Source: an uncultured Chloroflexia bacterium (GTDB lineage Bacteria > Chloroflexota > Limnocylindria > Limnocylindrales > CSP1-4). Taken from it: 64,000 bases of DNA. Positions within the stretch are counted from its first letter, which is position 1, and every line of letters starts with the position of its first letter. Shown here one piece after another: positions 8,837 through 18,806 of this stretch. The notes beneath the pieces were generated by a model. That model did not search any database. It was not told the DNA's origin and saw only the letters and a list, made by a program, of their open reading frames with translations. The translations under genes were made by a program, and so were the position numbers. The stretch is from assembly GCA_963727005.1 (NCBI GenBank), contig CAVSEO010000005.1, positions 1,227,348 to 1,291,347 of the forward strand. Reading direction: 5' to 3'.

Positions 8837-8886
8837 TTGCCCGACCAAGACCCTCGCCGGCCCGCCGCCAGTTGGAGGACCGCAAG

Positions 8887-9963
8887 TTGATCATCGTGAT
8901 GTCCGCAAGCGCAACAGAACAGGACGCAGAGAACGTTCGGTCGCAGATCCGAGCGCACGGCCTGACACCGCACGACAATGTGGGCACCCAGCGTGTGGTG
9001 ATCGCGGTCCTGGGTGACGTAGCTCCGGTACGAGACCATTTGATGAACAAGCTCAACTCGATGCCCGGCATCTCATCCGTGACCCCGATCAGCAGGCCCT
9101 ACAAGCTGGCGTCGCGGGAGTCCCATCCCGAGGACACGGTCATCGAGGTGCGGGGCACCAGGGTCGGCAACGGCACGCTCACGATCATGGCCGGCCCTTG
9201 CTCGGTCGAGAACCGGGAAATGATGCTGGAGACCGCCAGAGCGGTCGCGAAAGCCGGCGCCACGATCCTGCGCGGAGGCGCGTTCAAGCCACGCACGAGC
9301 CCCTACAGCTTCCAGGGACTGGGCCTGGAGGGGCTTCGCTACCTGGCCGAAGCGCGCCAGGCCACCGGCCTGCCGGTGATCACGGAGGTCATGGAGCCGA
9401 GCCAGGTCGAGGTCGTCGCCGAGCACGCGGACATCCTCCAGGTAGGCACCCGCAACATGCAGAACTACTCGCTGCTGACTGCCGTCGGCAAGGCCGGCAA
9501 GCCGGTCATGCTCAAGCGCGGCTACGGGGCCACGATCGAAGAGTGGCTGATGGCCGCCGAATACATCATCTCCTCGGGCCAGCCCAACGTGATCCTTTGC
9601 GAGCGCGGCATCCGAACCTTCGAGACGTACACGCGCAACACGCTCGATCTGACGGCCGTGCCGCTGCTGCACCACCTGACCCACCTGCCCGTGATCGTCG
9701 ATCCGTCCCACGCCACCGGCAAGCGCTGGCTGGTGCGGCCGATGGCCCTTGCGGCCGTCGCCGCAGGCGCCGACGGGATCATGGTCGAGGTCCATCCCAA
9801 CCCGGACGAAGCGCTCTCCGACGGCGAGCAGTCGCTCACATTCGACCAGTTCACCGACATGGCCGGAGCGCTGCGCCACATCCACGATGAGGTCCGGACC
9901 CTCATCAAGGATCCCTACGTCATCGACGGGGCGGTCACGGTCGGCGGCGGCGGCAAGCACTGA
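8887..9963 (+). CDS. aroG: 3-deoxy-7-phosphoheptulonate (DAHP) synthase, type I-beta, with an N-terminal ferredoxin-like/ACT regulatory domain
   Basis: ...[26 protein letters not shown]... (regulatory domain) followed by ...[21 protein letters not shown]...[47 protein letters not shown]... (DAHPS/KDO8PS core). The TTG start at 8887 has a GGAGGA Shine-Dalgarno 8 nt upstream; an in-frame ATG at 8899 is an alternative. Confidence 0.9.
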   Translation: MIIVMSASATEQDAENVRSQIRAHGLTPHDNVGTQRVVIAVLGDVAPVRDHLMNKLNSMPGISSVTPISRPYKLASRESHPEDTVIEVRGTRVGNGTLTIMAGPCSVENREMMLETARAVAKAGATILRGGAFKPRTSPYSFQGLGLEGLRYLAEARQATGLPVITEVMEPSQVEVVAEHADILQVGTRNMQNYSLLTAVGKAGKPVMLKRGYGATIEEWLMAAEYIISSGQPNVILCERGIRTFETYTRNTLDLTAVPLLHHLTHLPVIVDPSHATGKRWLVRPMALAAVAAGADGIMVEVHPNPDEALSDGEQSLTFDQFTDMAGALRHIHDEVRTLIKDPYVIDGAVTVGGGGKH

Positions 9964-9968
9964 CCGTC

Positions 9969-11360
9969 ATGAGCGCCCCGCCGCTCCCCGTGGAGCAACC
10001 ACGCCCGATCCTGCCTGCCGCGCACCTGCGCGGCGAGCCGCGGCTGCCCGGCGACAAGTCGATCTCCCACCGGGCCCTGCTCATGGCGGCGATGGCCGAG
10101 GGCGAGAGCGCGGTGAGCGGCGCGGGCGACGGCATGGACGTCCGGGCCACGGCCGCGATCGTGGCAGCGCTCGGGGCAACCGTGGAGCGGCTGCGGGCCG
10201 ACGGCCTGAACGTGGACTATCGGGTCGTCTCACCCGGCACGGACGGCCTGCACGAGCCGGACGGCGTGCTGGATTGCCGGAACTCCGGAACGAGCCTTCG
10301 GCTGTGCTCCGGATTGCTCGCCGGCCTGCCGTTCTTCAGCGTCCTGGACGGGGATGCTTCGTTGCGGAGCCGTCCGGTGGCTCGTATCATCGAACCGCTG
10401 CGCCTTATGGGCGCGGCTTTGTATGCGCGCCGCTCCGATACCCTCCCTCCGCTGGTCGTCATCGGTAGTTCCCGGCTAGCCGCGATCGACTTCTCGACCG
10501 GCGTACCGAGCGCCCAGGTCAAGTCGGCGATCCTGCTGGCGGGCCTGCGCGCGGAAGGGCAAACGACGGTGCGCGAGAAGGTCGCCACGCGAGACCACAC
10601 GGAGCGGATGCTCCGATCGCGCGGCGTCGACGTCCGGCGTGAGCCGACGGCGAGTTCGGGAGGAGGCCCCGTGGCCTGGACTCTGGATGGTGGCGCACGA
10701 CTTCGGCCGCTGGACGAGCGCGTCCCGGCCGATCCGTCCGCGGCCGCCTTCTGGCTGGTGGCAGGGGCGATCCACGCCGACGCGGATCTCACCCTGCGCT
10801 CGGTGGGCGTGAACCAGACGCGGCGGGCGGCGATCGACATCCTGGTCCGAATGGGCGCCCGCATCGGCGAAACGGCGCTCGGCGCCGCCACGGCCGCCGG
10901 AGCGGCCCCGGCCGGTAGGCCCGGCGACTCCGGAGAGCCGCTGGCGGACCTGACCGTCCGATCGAGCGAGCTGCGCGCGGTCGACCTGGATCCCGCAGAG
11001 GTCGCGGCAGCGATCGACGAGATCCCGATCCTGTGCCTGGCCGCGACCCAGGCCCGCGGCAAGACCACGATCCGAGGCGCCGGAGAGCTACGCAACAAGG
11101 AGTCGGACAGGATCGCCGGGATAGCCGCGGGGCTGCGCGCCCTCGGGGCCCGGATCTCCGTGGACGGCGATGACATCGTCATAGAAGGACCCACTCCACT
11201 CGTCGGGTCCGCGACTCGAACCCTCGATGACCACCGGCTGGCGATGACCTTCGCGGTCGCCGGCCTGATCGCTTCGGGCTCGACGACGATCGACCGCGCC
11301 GAGAGCGCGGCCGTCTCGTACCCGAGCTTCTTCCTCGAAATGGAAAGGCTGCGAGCATGA
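9969..11360 (+). CDS. aroA: 3-phosphoshikimate 1-carboxyvinyltransferase (EPSP synthase)
   Basis: ...[22 protein letters not shown]...NSGTSLRL...[11 protein letters not shown]...[14 protein letters not shown]... is diagnostic for AroA. 463 aa. Confidence 0.95.
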   Translation: MSAPPLPVEQPRPILPAAHLRGEPRLPGDKSISHRALLMAAMAEGESAVSGAGDGMDVRATAAIVAALGATVERLRADGLNVDYRVVSPGTDGLHEPDGVLDCRNSGTSLRLCSGLLAGLPFFSVLDGDASLRSRPVARIIEPLRLMGAALYARRSDTLPPLVVIGSSRLAAIDFSTGVPSAQVKSAILLAGLRAEGQTTVREKVATRDHTERMLRSRGVDVRREPTASSGGGPVAWTLDGGARLRPLDERVPADPSAAAFWLVAGAIHADADLTLRSVGVNQTRRAAIDILVRMGARIGETALGAATAAGAAPAGRPGDSGEPLADLTVRSSELRAVDLDPAEVAAAIDEIPILCLAATQARGKTTIRGAGELRNKESDRIAGIAAGLRALGARISVDGDDIVIEGPTPLVGSATRTLDDHRLAMTFAVAGLIASGSTTIDRAESAAVSYPSFFLEMERLRA

Positions 11361-12331
11361 CCAATCGCGTCGTCCTGATCGGCCACCCGGTCGCCCACTC
11401 CTTCTCGGGCGCCATGCAGCAGGCTGCCTTCGACGCCCTGGGCATCGACGCCCGCTACGAGCTGTGGGACCGCCGGCAGATCGACCTGGCCGCGGCGGTC
11501 GCCGAGCTTCGCGGCGACGAGTTCCTCGGCGCGAACGTGACCGTTCCCCACAAGGAGCACGTCGTCCCGCTCATCGATCGAATGACCGAGGATGCCCAGG
11601 CCACCGGGGCGGTGAACGTCATCTCTCGCGAAGGCAAGAAGCTGATCGGCCACAACACCGACGTGCCGGGCTTCAAGGCCGCCCTGGACAAGCTGGTCGG
11701 GCGCCAGAAGATGCCCCGCCACGCCGTGGTCCTGGGGGCCGGCGGAGCCGCGCGAGCCGTGATGTTCTCCCTGATCACCGAGGGCTTCCAGCGGGTGGTC
11801 ATCTTCAACCGCCACCTCCACAAGGGCGAGGCGCTCGTCCGGCATTTCGGCCGCAGCGCCTCCCACATGGACCTGCGCGCGATGCCGTGGCACGAGTCCG
11901 TCCTGGAGGCCGAGCTGGCCAAGACGAAGCTCCTGGTGAACGCCACTTCCGTCGGCCTGATCCCGGGCGAGACGCCCATCCCGGCGGAACTGCTGCCGCC
12001 GGACCTGCTGGTGATGGATCTCATCTACAACCCACCCCAGTCGCAGCTGCTCAAGGACGCCGCCGCGGCACGCTGCGTCATCATGAACGGCGAGCCGATG
12101 CTGCTCCAGCAGGGCGCGCTGTCCTTCGAGCTGTGGACGGGCAAGGCCGCCCCGCTCGAGGTCATGCAGGCCGAACTCGATCGAGCCCGCGAGCACGGCC
12201 TCGGCACTGGGACGGCTGGGAGCCGGCCCGGCCGGCGACGGCGGCTCGGCCGAATCGGCTGGCGCCCGGCCCGACCCGGCCGCCACCCCGACGGCGTAGG
12301 CGGGATACCGTGGGCCGCCTCCGCTTCCTGA
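11357..12331 (+). CDS. aroE: Shikimate dehydrogenase
   Basis: [37 protein letters not shown]...[12 protein letters not shown]...NTDVPGF...[15 protein letters not shown] overlap with aroA. The last ~40 aa (Arg/Gly/Pro-rich) may be an out-of-frame read-through. Confidence 0.85.
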   Translation: MTNRVVLIGHPVAHSFSGAMQQAAFDALGIDARYELWDRRQIDLAAAVAELRGDEFLGANVTVPHKEHVVPLIDRMTEDAQATGAVNVISREGKKLIGHNTDVPGFKAALDKLVGRQKMPRHAVVLGAGGAARAVMFSLITEGFQRVVIFNRHLHKGEALVRHFGRSASHMDLRAMPWHESVLEAELAKTKLLVNATSVGLIPGETPIPAELLPPDLLVMDLIYNPPQSQLLKDAAAARCVIMNGEPMLLQQGALSFELWTGKAAPLEVMQAELDRAREHGLGTGTAGSRPGRRRRLGRIGWRPARPGRHPDGVGGIPWAASAS

Positions 12332-13617
12332 CGGCCGGGGAGTCGCACGGGCCTGCCCTGGCGGCCACGGTCGAAGGGATTCCTGCCGGCCTGCCGCTCA
12401 CCGAAGACCAGATCGCGACGGATCTGGCACGCCGCCAGCGCGGCTACGGCCGGGGGGCCCGCAGCACGTCGATCGAGCAGGACCGGGCCGAGATCCTCTC
12501 CGGCGTCCGCCACGGCCTGACCCTCGGCTCGCCGATCCTGCTCCTGGTACGCAACCGCGACTGGGAGAACTGGACGCGGGTCATGCAGGTCGAGCCGCTC
12601 ACCGGGGAGCAGGCCGCGGAGCTGGCGGCGATGGCCCAGGCCGGCGACAAGAAAGCCGCGCCGATAACTCGACTCCGGGCCGGGCACGCGGACCTGGCCG
12701 GCGCCGTCAAGTACGGATTCGACGACGTGCGCAACGTCCTCGAGCGAGCGTCGGCGCGGGAGACCGCGGCCCGTGTCGCGGCCGGGGCCGTGGCGCGAGC
12801 GCTGCTGTCGGCGCTGGGGATCGAGGTCTGGTCGTACACGGCCGAGGTCGGAGGCGTTGCCTTCGATCCGGCCGCAGCCACGCGAACCCGCGAAGAAACG
12901 GAGGCGAGTCCGCTGCGCTGCCCGGATGCCGCGGCCGAGGAACGGATGATCGCCCGGATCGACGAGGCCCGGGCGGCCGGCGACACCGTCGGCGGCGTCT
13001 TCGAGGTGGTGGCCATGGGCGTGCCGATGGGGCTGGGCAGCTATGCCCACTGGGATCGCCGACTGGACGGCGCCCTGGCCGGCGGCGTGGTGAGCATCCC
13101 GATCGTGAAGGGCGTGGAGATCGGGCTCGGGTTCGAGCAGACGCGCAGGTTCGGCTCCGCGGTCATGGACGTGATCGACGGCCGCGACGCCGAGGGCCGG
13201 TGGCTGCGCCGCACCAACAACGCCGGCGGTCTCGAAGGCGGCGTCAGTAACGGCCAGCCGATCGTGCTCCGGGGCGCCGTCAAGCCCATCTCGACGCTCC
13301 CCCGCCCCCTGCCGTCCGCGGATCTGGTGACGGGCCAGCCGGTCGAGAAGGCCCACTACGAGCGCAGCGACATCAGCGTCGTGCCGGCCGCGGGAGTCGT
13401 GGCGGAGGCCATGGTCTGCCTGATCCTGGCCGACTTCGCCCTCGAGAAGTTCGGTGGCGACTCCCTGGCCGAGATGCTGGACAACGCCTGCTCGGCTTCC
13501 GCGAGAGGGCGGCCACTCGCTTCCGCGAGAGGGCCGCCCGATCGCCGGCGGCCCCGACCCACGGCCAGGCCGGCAGCTCGACCGGCGAGACCATCCCGGC
13601 GGAGAGCGAGTAGCGCC
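12310..13617 (+). CDS. aroC: Chorismate synthase; there is no in-frame stop before the aroK start, and the 3' linker contains a 24-nt in-frame tandem duplication
   Basis: [30 protein letters not shown]...[37 protein letters not shown]...[25 protein letters not shown]...[20 protein letters not shown]. An Arg/Pro-rich 40-aa tail then runs straight into MDLVLVG (aroK). Confidence 0.85.
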
Positions 13618-14143
13618 ATGGATCTCGTCCTCGTCGGCCTCCCCGGCAGCGGCAAGACCGCCGTGGGGCGCCGCCTCGCGCAGCGCCACGGGGCGGCATT
13701 CATCGACCTGGACGATCTCGTGGAGCGCCGGGCCGGCAAGCTCCGTGACGGCCATCTTCGCCGCGGAGGGTGAGGCCGGCTTTCGCCGCCACGAGCGCGA
13801 GGCGGTGCTTTCCCTCGGACCGGCGGACCCGGATCCGGAACTGCGCCGGGTCATCGCCTCCGGCGGCGGCGCCGTCATCGATCCCCTCAATCGGTGGCTG
13901 CTGTATCGCGGCCGCTTCCCGGTCTGGCTGGACGGCGCGCCGGAGATCCTGGCCAGTCGCCTGGGCAGGAGCGCCAACGTGCGGCCCCTCATCGCCGGGG
14001 GTCATCCGCTGGAATCCCTTCGCAACCTGGCCGAGGAGCGGCGCCGCTTCTATGCCCCGGCTCTCCAACTCAGCGGCACGACCAACGTCGACGGGCTCGT
14101 CAAAGCCATCGAGAGCAGGCTCGGCGACGGACCGTCTGCCGGC
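13618..14143 (+). CDS. aroK: Shikimate kinase, interrupted by a single-nt insertion frameshift near 13740; it continues without a stop into aroB
   Basis: [41 protein letters not shown] (P-loop), then in +1 frame [23 protein letters not shown]...[18 protein letters not shown]...[15 protein letters not shown]...RPLI. Confidence 0.75.
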
Positions 14144-15278
14144 GTGACCGTGATGCTGGCCGATACCCCGATCGGTCGGGTGCAGATCGGCCAGGGGATC
14201 GCCGCCACGGCCGTCGCCTCCGCCCTGACCCGTGGCGGCGCGCGCCGGGCCATCCTTCTCTCCGAGCCGAAGGCCTGGGACGTGGCCGGGGCCGGGATCG
14301 CGGCCGCGCTGGCGGCGGAGGACTGGCCGGTCGAGCGCGTCTTCCTGCCTCGCGGCGAGAACGCCAAGCGCCTTCGCGTCATCGAGGAGACCTGCCGGGT
14401 CCTGGCCAAGCTGCGCGTGGACCGCGGGGAGACTCTCGTCGCCATCGGCGGCGGGGCGCTGACCGATGCCGCCGGGCTTGCCGCGGCCATGTACATGCGT
14501 GGCGTTCCGACTCGTCAACGTCCCGACGACCCTGGTCGGCCAGATCGACGCGGCGCTGGGCGGCAAGACGGCCGTGGACCTGCCGGAGGGCAAGAACCTG
14601 GTCGGGGCTTTCCACCACCCCACGGCATTCGTCGCCGACGTTGCCTTCCTGGCCACGCTGCCGGCCCGGCAGCGGCGGGCGGCCCTGGGCGAGGTGGTGA
14701 AGGTGGCCGTCCTGGGCGACGAGCGCCTGCTGGAGCTCGTGGAGCGGGAGGGGGAGGCGTTCGTCCGGGGCGCGGCGGAGCCGTTCGAGTCGGGCGCCGT
14801 TGCGGAGATGGTCGAGCGCTGCGTCTGGGCGAAGGTCGAGATCGTCGTCGCGGACGAGCGCGAGTCGAGCGGGCGGATGGTCCTGAACCTTGGCCACACG
14901 ATCGGCCACGGTATCGAAGCCGCGGCCGGCTACAAGACCATCCTCCACGGCGAGGCCGTCGCCTACGGGCTTCGCGGCGCCTTCGCGATAGCGCGTGCCA
15001 TGGACCTCACGCCGGCTCGGCGCGCCGACCGGGTCAACTCCCTCCTGGACCGCCTGGGGCTCGGAGTAGAGCCGCCGGCCGTCTCGCCGGACGCGATCCG
15101 CGAACGAATGGCAAACGACAAGAAGCACGTCATGGGCCGCCTGAACTGGGTGCTGCCGACGGAGTCCGGGGTGGTCATCCGGTCGGACGTGCCGGCGGAC
15201 GCGGTCGCCGCCGGACTGCTCGCCGCCCTCCGGCTGGAGCCCGTCCCGGTTCGATCCGAAGCGACGGTCCGGCCATGA
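14144..15278 (+). CDS. aroB: 3-dehydroquinate synthase, interrupted by a single-nt insertion frameshift near 14507
   Basis: ...LVAIGGGALTDAAGLAAAMYMRGV then, after a +1 shift, RLVNVPTTLVGQIDAALGGKTAVDLPEGKNLVGAFHHP...LNLGHTIGHGIEAAAGYKTILHGEAVAYG (AroB metal and NAD motifs). Confidence 0.8.
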
Positions 15279-15715
15279 CACGCGTCCTCGTCCTCAACGG
15301 CCCCAACCTCAACCTGCTGGGGACTCGTGAGCCGGAGATCTACGGCAAGACGACCCTCGCCGAGATCGAAGAAGGCCTGCGACAGCGCGGTCGCGAGCTC
15401 GGTCTCGAGGTCGAGACGTTCCAGTCGAACCACGAGGGCGTCCTGATCGATCGGCTCCACCAGCGCGACTTCGACTGGGCGATCGTCAACGCGGGAGGGC
15501 TGACGCACACGAGCGTCTCGCTCCGGGACGCGCTTCTCGGCATCGGCCGGCCCTTCGTCGAGGTTCACCTGTCCGATCCGAACCGGCGCGAGCCGTTCCG
15601 GAGCGTCAACTACCTGCACGACATCGCCGCCGAGCAGATCGTCGGGCGGGGCGCCGGGGGCTACGCGCTGGCGCTCGAGTTCATCGCTCATCGCATAGGC
15701 GAGCGACATGGCTGA
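15275..15715 (+). CDS. aroQ: Type II 3-dehydroquinate dehydratase
   Basis: MTRVLVLNGPNLNLLGTREPEIYG...ETFQSNHEGVLIDRLH...AIVNAGGLTHTSVSLRDAL...HLSDPNRREPFR. ATGA overlap with aroB. Confidence 0.9.
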   Translation: MTRVLVLNGPNLNLLGTREPEIYGKTTLAEIEEGLRQRGRELGLEVETFQSNHEGVLIDRLHQRDFDWAIVNAGGLTHTSVSLRDALLGIGRPFVEVHLSDPNRREPFRSVNYLHDIAAEQIVGRGAGGYALALEFIAHRIGERHG

Positions 15716-15995
15716 CCGGCTGGATGAACTCCGATCCGAGATAGACGAACTCGACCGCGAGATCGTCAGGCTGCTCAATCGCCGGACCCGGCTCGGCCTG
15801 GAAGCCGGCCGGACGAAGGCTCGAAACGGCAGCCCGATCGCCGACGCCAAGCGCGAGCGCGAGGTCCTGATGCGCGTCGCGATGGCCAACGAGGGACCCC
15901 TTCCGCAGGACGCCCTGCTGGCGCTCTACCGCCAGTTGATCGAGACTATGACCCGTCTGGAGGAGCTCGAGACTTCGGGCTCCCCGCCCGCCTAG
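15708..15995 (+). CDS. Chorismate mutase (AroQ class, monofunctional)
   Basis: MADRLDELRSEIDELDREIVRLLNRRTRLGLEAGRTKAR...REREVLMRV... is a CM_2 helical-bundle motif. Its start overlaps the aroQ stop by 8 nt. Confidence 0.8.
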   Translation: MADRLDELRSEIDELDREIVRLLNRRTRLGLEAGRTKARNGSPIADAKREREVLMRVAMANEGPLPQDALLALYRQLIETMTRLEELETSGSPPA

Positions 15996-16384
15996 CTCGC
16001 TGCCAAGGGAAGGGTTCGATGGACAAACCACCGCCCGCAAGGCGAAAGATGCGAACGCATAACCGTCGGCGCGCTGCTTGCGCTCTTCGTGGTCGCGGTG
16101 CTCGTGGCGCTGGCCAGCCGGCTACTGCCCGGCGGCCTCTCCGGCATCGTCGCGCGCAAGCTCCGCGGCGGTGAGGAATCGGCGAGTGGCGACGCGTCGG
16201 GGAGTGGCGAAGGCGATTCCAGAGAGCCCTGACCAGAGGGCGGAAGCCAGCTCCGAGGCCGCCCCGGCCCGGGTGCGACAGCGGCTCGAAGGCGCCAGAA
16301 TCGGCCAGCACTATCTGCCCTTCTCCGTCATCTTTAGCGAAGACGCCTCGGAGAAGTCCGAGCACGGTAGAGAGAGTACCCCGT

Positions 16385-17857
16385 ATGGCGGCTGCGGAGG
16401 AGGCGTTCGTGACGAAAGCGAGATCCAGGCGCCAAGCATTCGCTTCAGGGGCACCGCGCGCGGCGCTTTCGCTGCTGGGCCTCGCGGCCACCGTCGTGCT
16501 GGCGGTGAGTCTCCTCTTCTGATCGCCAATCGCGGCCACGGCCTCGGCAGCGCTGGCGCGGCGGCCAGCGCCGGCGCGAGCCCATCGGGGAGTGTCGAGC
16601 GAGAGCTCGGCGACCCAGCGCTGCGAGCGCGAGCGCCGTCGGCGAGTCCCGAGCGAGAGCCCGACGGCCAGACGCGAGCACCGGTCAGCGACGAGACGCG
16701 TCGGCAAGTCCCGAGCGCGACTCCGACGGACCAGCCGTCGATCGTGCCGAGGCCATCGATTTCCATGGGGCCGTCCGGCAAGTTCGGCCCGGCCGGCCCG
16801 ATGGGCGCCGACGTACACCATGGCCGTGGCGCTTCTCTGACGGCCGCGTCCTCTTCGCCGGCGCCGAGGGAGGCGACCTGAACTTCGGCCAAGCTCTACG
16901 ACCCCTGCATCGGGCCAGTTCACTCCCACCGGCACGATGCGCGGGCCTCACACTCAGGGCAGCGGCGACACTGCTCGCCGACGGCCGTGTCCTCATCCTC
17001 GGGGGCTAATACCGGGAGGGGGCAATCGTGCAGCCGGAACTCTACGACCCCGGGACCGGCAATTCAGCCGCAGCGGATCCATGCTTGCGGACCAGTACAG
17101 CTTTCCGTCGGCGGTCCTTGCTCAAGAACGGGAAGGTGTTGGTCGATCGGCAGCGACCAAGAGCGGCGTAGACAGACACGACGTGGGCCCAGCTGTACGA
17201 TCCCGGATCCGGAACGTTCGATACCGACGGGCGCGCCGTCCAGGTTCCGCAGAGTGGAGCGACCGCGACCGTGCTGTCCGACGGGCGCGTGCTCGTCGAC
17301 CGGCGGATAGAACGGCTGTTGCATACGGAGGCAGACTGGGGCCAACGGCCTCGGCCGAGGTCTACGACCCGGCGACCGGCATGTTCGCTGCAACTGGGAT
17401 CGATGACCTCGCCTCGTGGCAGCCACGCAGCCACTCGGCTCTGACGGACGGGCGCGTCTCGTCACGGGTGGCAACAACGGTTCGGTGGGTATTGCGTCGG
17501 CGGAGTTCTATCGACCTGTGCACCGGCACGTTCAGCCTCACCGGATCGATGACGGTCGATCGGAGGGACCACTCCTCGACGTTGCTCGCGGACGGCCGCG
17601 TGTTGATAGCCGGAGGAACGCACGACCCGGGCCCTGTGGCATGCGCCGGGACATCCTGCATCGCCATGGTGGGCACAACCGATCTCACCTCGGCCGAGAT
17701 CTACGACCCGAATACAGGCAAGTTCGAGGCGACCGGCTCGATGGCAACTCCACGCGCCGTCCCTATGGCGATATTGCTCCAGGACGGGCGCGTTCTCGTG
17801 GCCGGTGGCTTCACCAACCGAGGCCTCTGGTCTGACGCAGAGCTGTACCGGCCGTAG
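16385..17857 (+). pseudogene. Decayed paralog of the Kelch-repeat secreted protein at 42007-43215 (signal peptide plus Kelch repeats spread over all three frames)
   Basis: MAAAEEAFVTKARSRRQAFASGAPRAALSLLGLAATVVLAVSLLF is signal-like. Downstream, Kelch units (ELYDPxTGxFxxTGSM...HTATLLxDGRVLIAGG) appear in alternating frames, with at least 4 frameshifts in about 1 kb. This density is far higher than elsewhere in the window. Confidence 0.5.
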
Positions 17858-18788
17858 CGTCTCCGCCCTTCAGCCGGCGCGTGGCGGCGTGCAACTCCGC
17901 GACCAGGGCGGCCAGCGCTGCCACGTCGCGGCCGTCGGGGCCGAGAGCGTCTACGAGGGCCGACGCCACTATCACCCCGTCGGCACCGGCGCCTACCAGC
18001 AGCCGAACGTGGGCGGGAGTGCTCACTCCGAAGCCGACGGCTACCGGCACGGGTGAGTCTGCCCTGGCCGATGCGACGAGGGCACGGACCGAAGGCGGCA
18101 ACGTCGCACGCGCGCCGGTGACGCCCACGAGAGAGACGCAATAGAGGAATCCGCCCGAACGCCGAGCCACCTGGGCCCGGCGGGCAGCGGTCGTCGTCGG
18201 GGCGATCAGGTAGATGACCGCGAGGCCGACGTCGCGGGCGACGGCCTCGAATCGCAGGCCCTCGTCCGGGGTCAGGTCGGCGACGATCACGCCACTCGCC
18301 CCCGCCGCGGCCAGGCGAGTGGCGACGGCCCGGCCGTCGCCGCCGCCGAGGATCTGGTTCGCGTAGCACATCGGGATGAGCGGCAGCTCCGGCCGGGCCT
18401 CCGCGATCTCTCGCAGAAGCGTGACGGAACCCTCGAGCGTGGCCCCGGCCCGCAGTGCGGCCGTGGTCGCCCGCTGGAGAGTGGCCCCATCGGCGAGTGG
18501 GTCCGAATACGGCAGACCGATCTCGAGCAGGTCCGCGCCCGCATCCGCGGCGGCAAGCGCCGCGGCGAGCGAGGTGGCGTGGTCGGGATAGCCGGCCACG
18601 ACGTACGGGATGAGCGCCGCGCGACCTCGGACTGCGGCACGGGCGAAAGCCCCGGCGATCCGACGCGCCCCGGCCGTGTCGTTGGTACCGGCGTCAGGCG
18701 AAAGGGTAGGCGCGGCCGCGCTCGTTGGGGCTTGCGCGGCCGCACCATGAGCGCCGCCGGTGGGCGGGCGGCGAAGTTGAGCGGTCAT
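17811..18788 (-). CDS. trpA: Tryptophan synthase alpha subunit
   Basis: ...RGRAALIPYVVAGYPDHATSLAAALAAADAGADLLEIGLPYSDPLADGATLQRA...GFGVSTPAHV... It has a 40-aa low-complexity N-terminal extension if the start is at 18788. Confidence 0.85.
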   Translation of the reverse strand: MTAQLRRPPTGGAHGAAAQAPTSAAAPTLSPDAGTNDTAGARRIAGAFARAAVRGRAALIPYVVAGYPDHATSLAAALAAADAGADLLEIGLPYSDPLADGATLQRATTAALRAGATLEGSVTLLREIAEARPELPLIPMCYANQILGGGDGRAVATRLAAAGASGVIVADLTPDEGLRFEAVARDVGLAVIYLIAPTTTAARRAQVARRSGGFLYCVSLVGVTGARATLPPSVRALVASARADSPVPVAVGFGVSTPAHVRLLVGAGADGVIVASALVDALGPDGRDVAALAALVAELHAATRRLKGGDATAGTALRQTRGLGW

Positions 18789-18806
18789 CGACCCACCTCA
18801 CTCTGT

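Noticed and set aside
16078-16881. A 267-aa ORF, plus a small putative membrane peptide at about 16040-16200, downstream of chorismate mutase
   Set aside because: There is no usable start codon in the transmembrane-segment frame. The large ORF is low-complexity and overlaps the 5' part of the decayed Kelch pseudogene region. It is treated as non-coding or pseudogene remnant.
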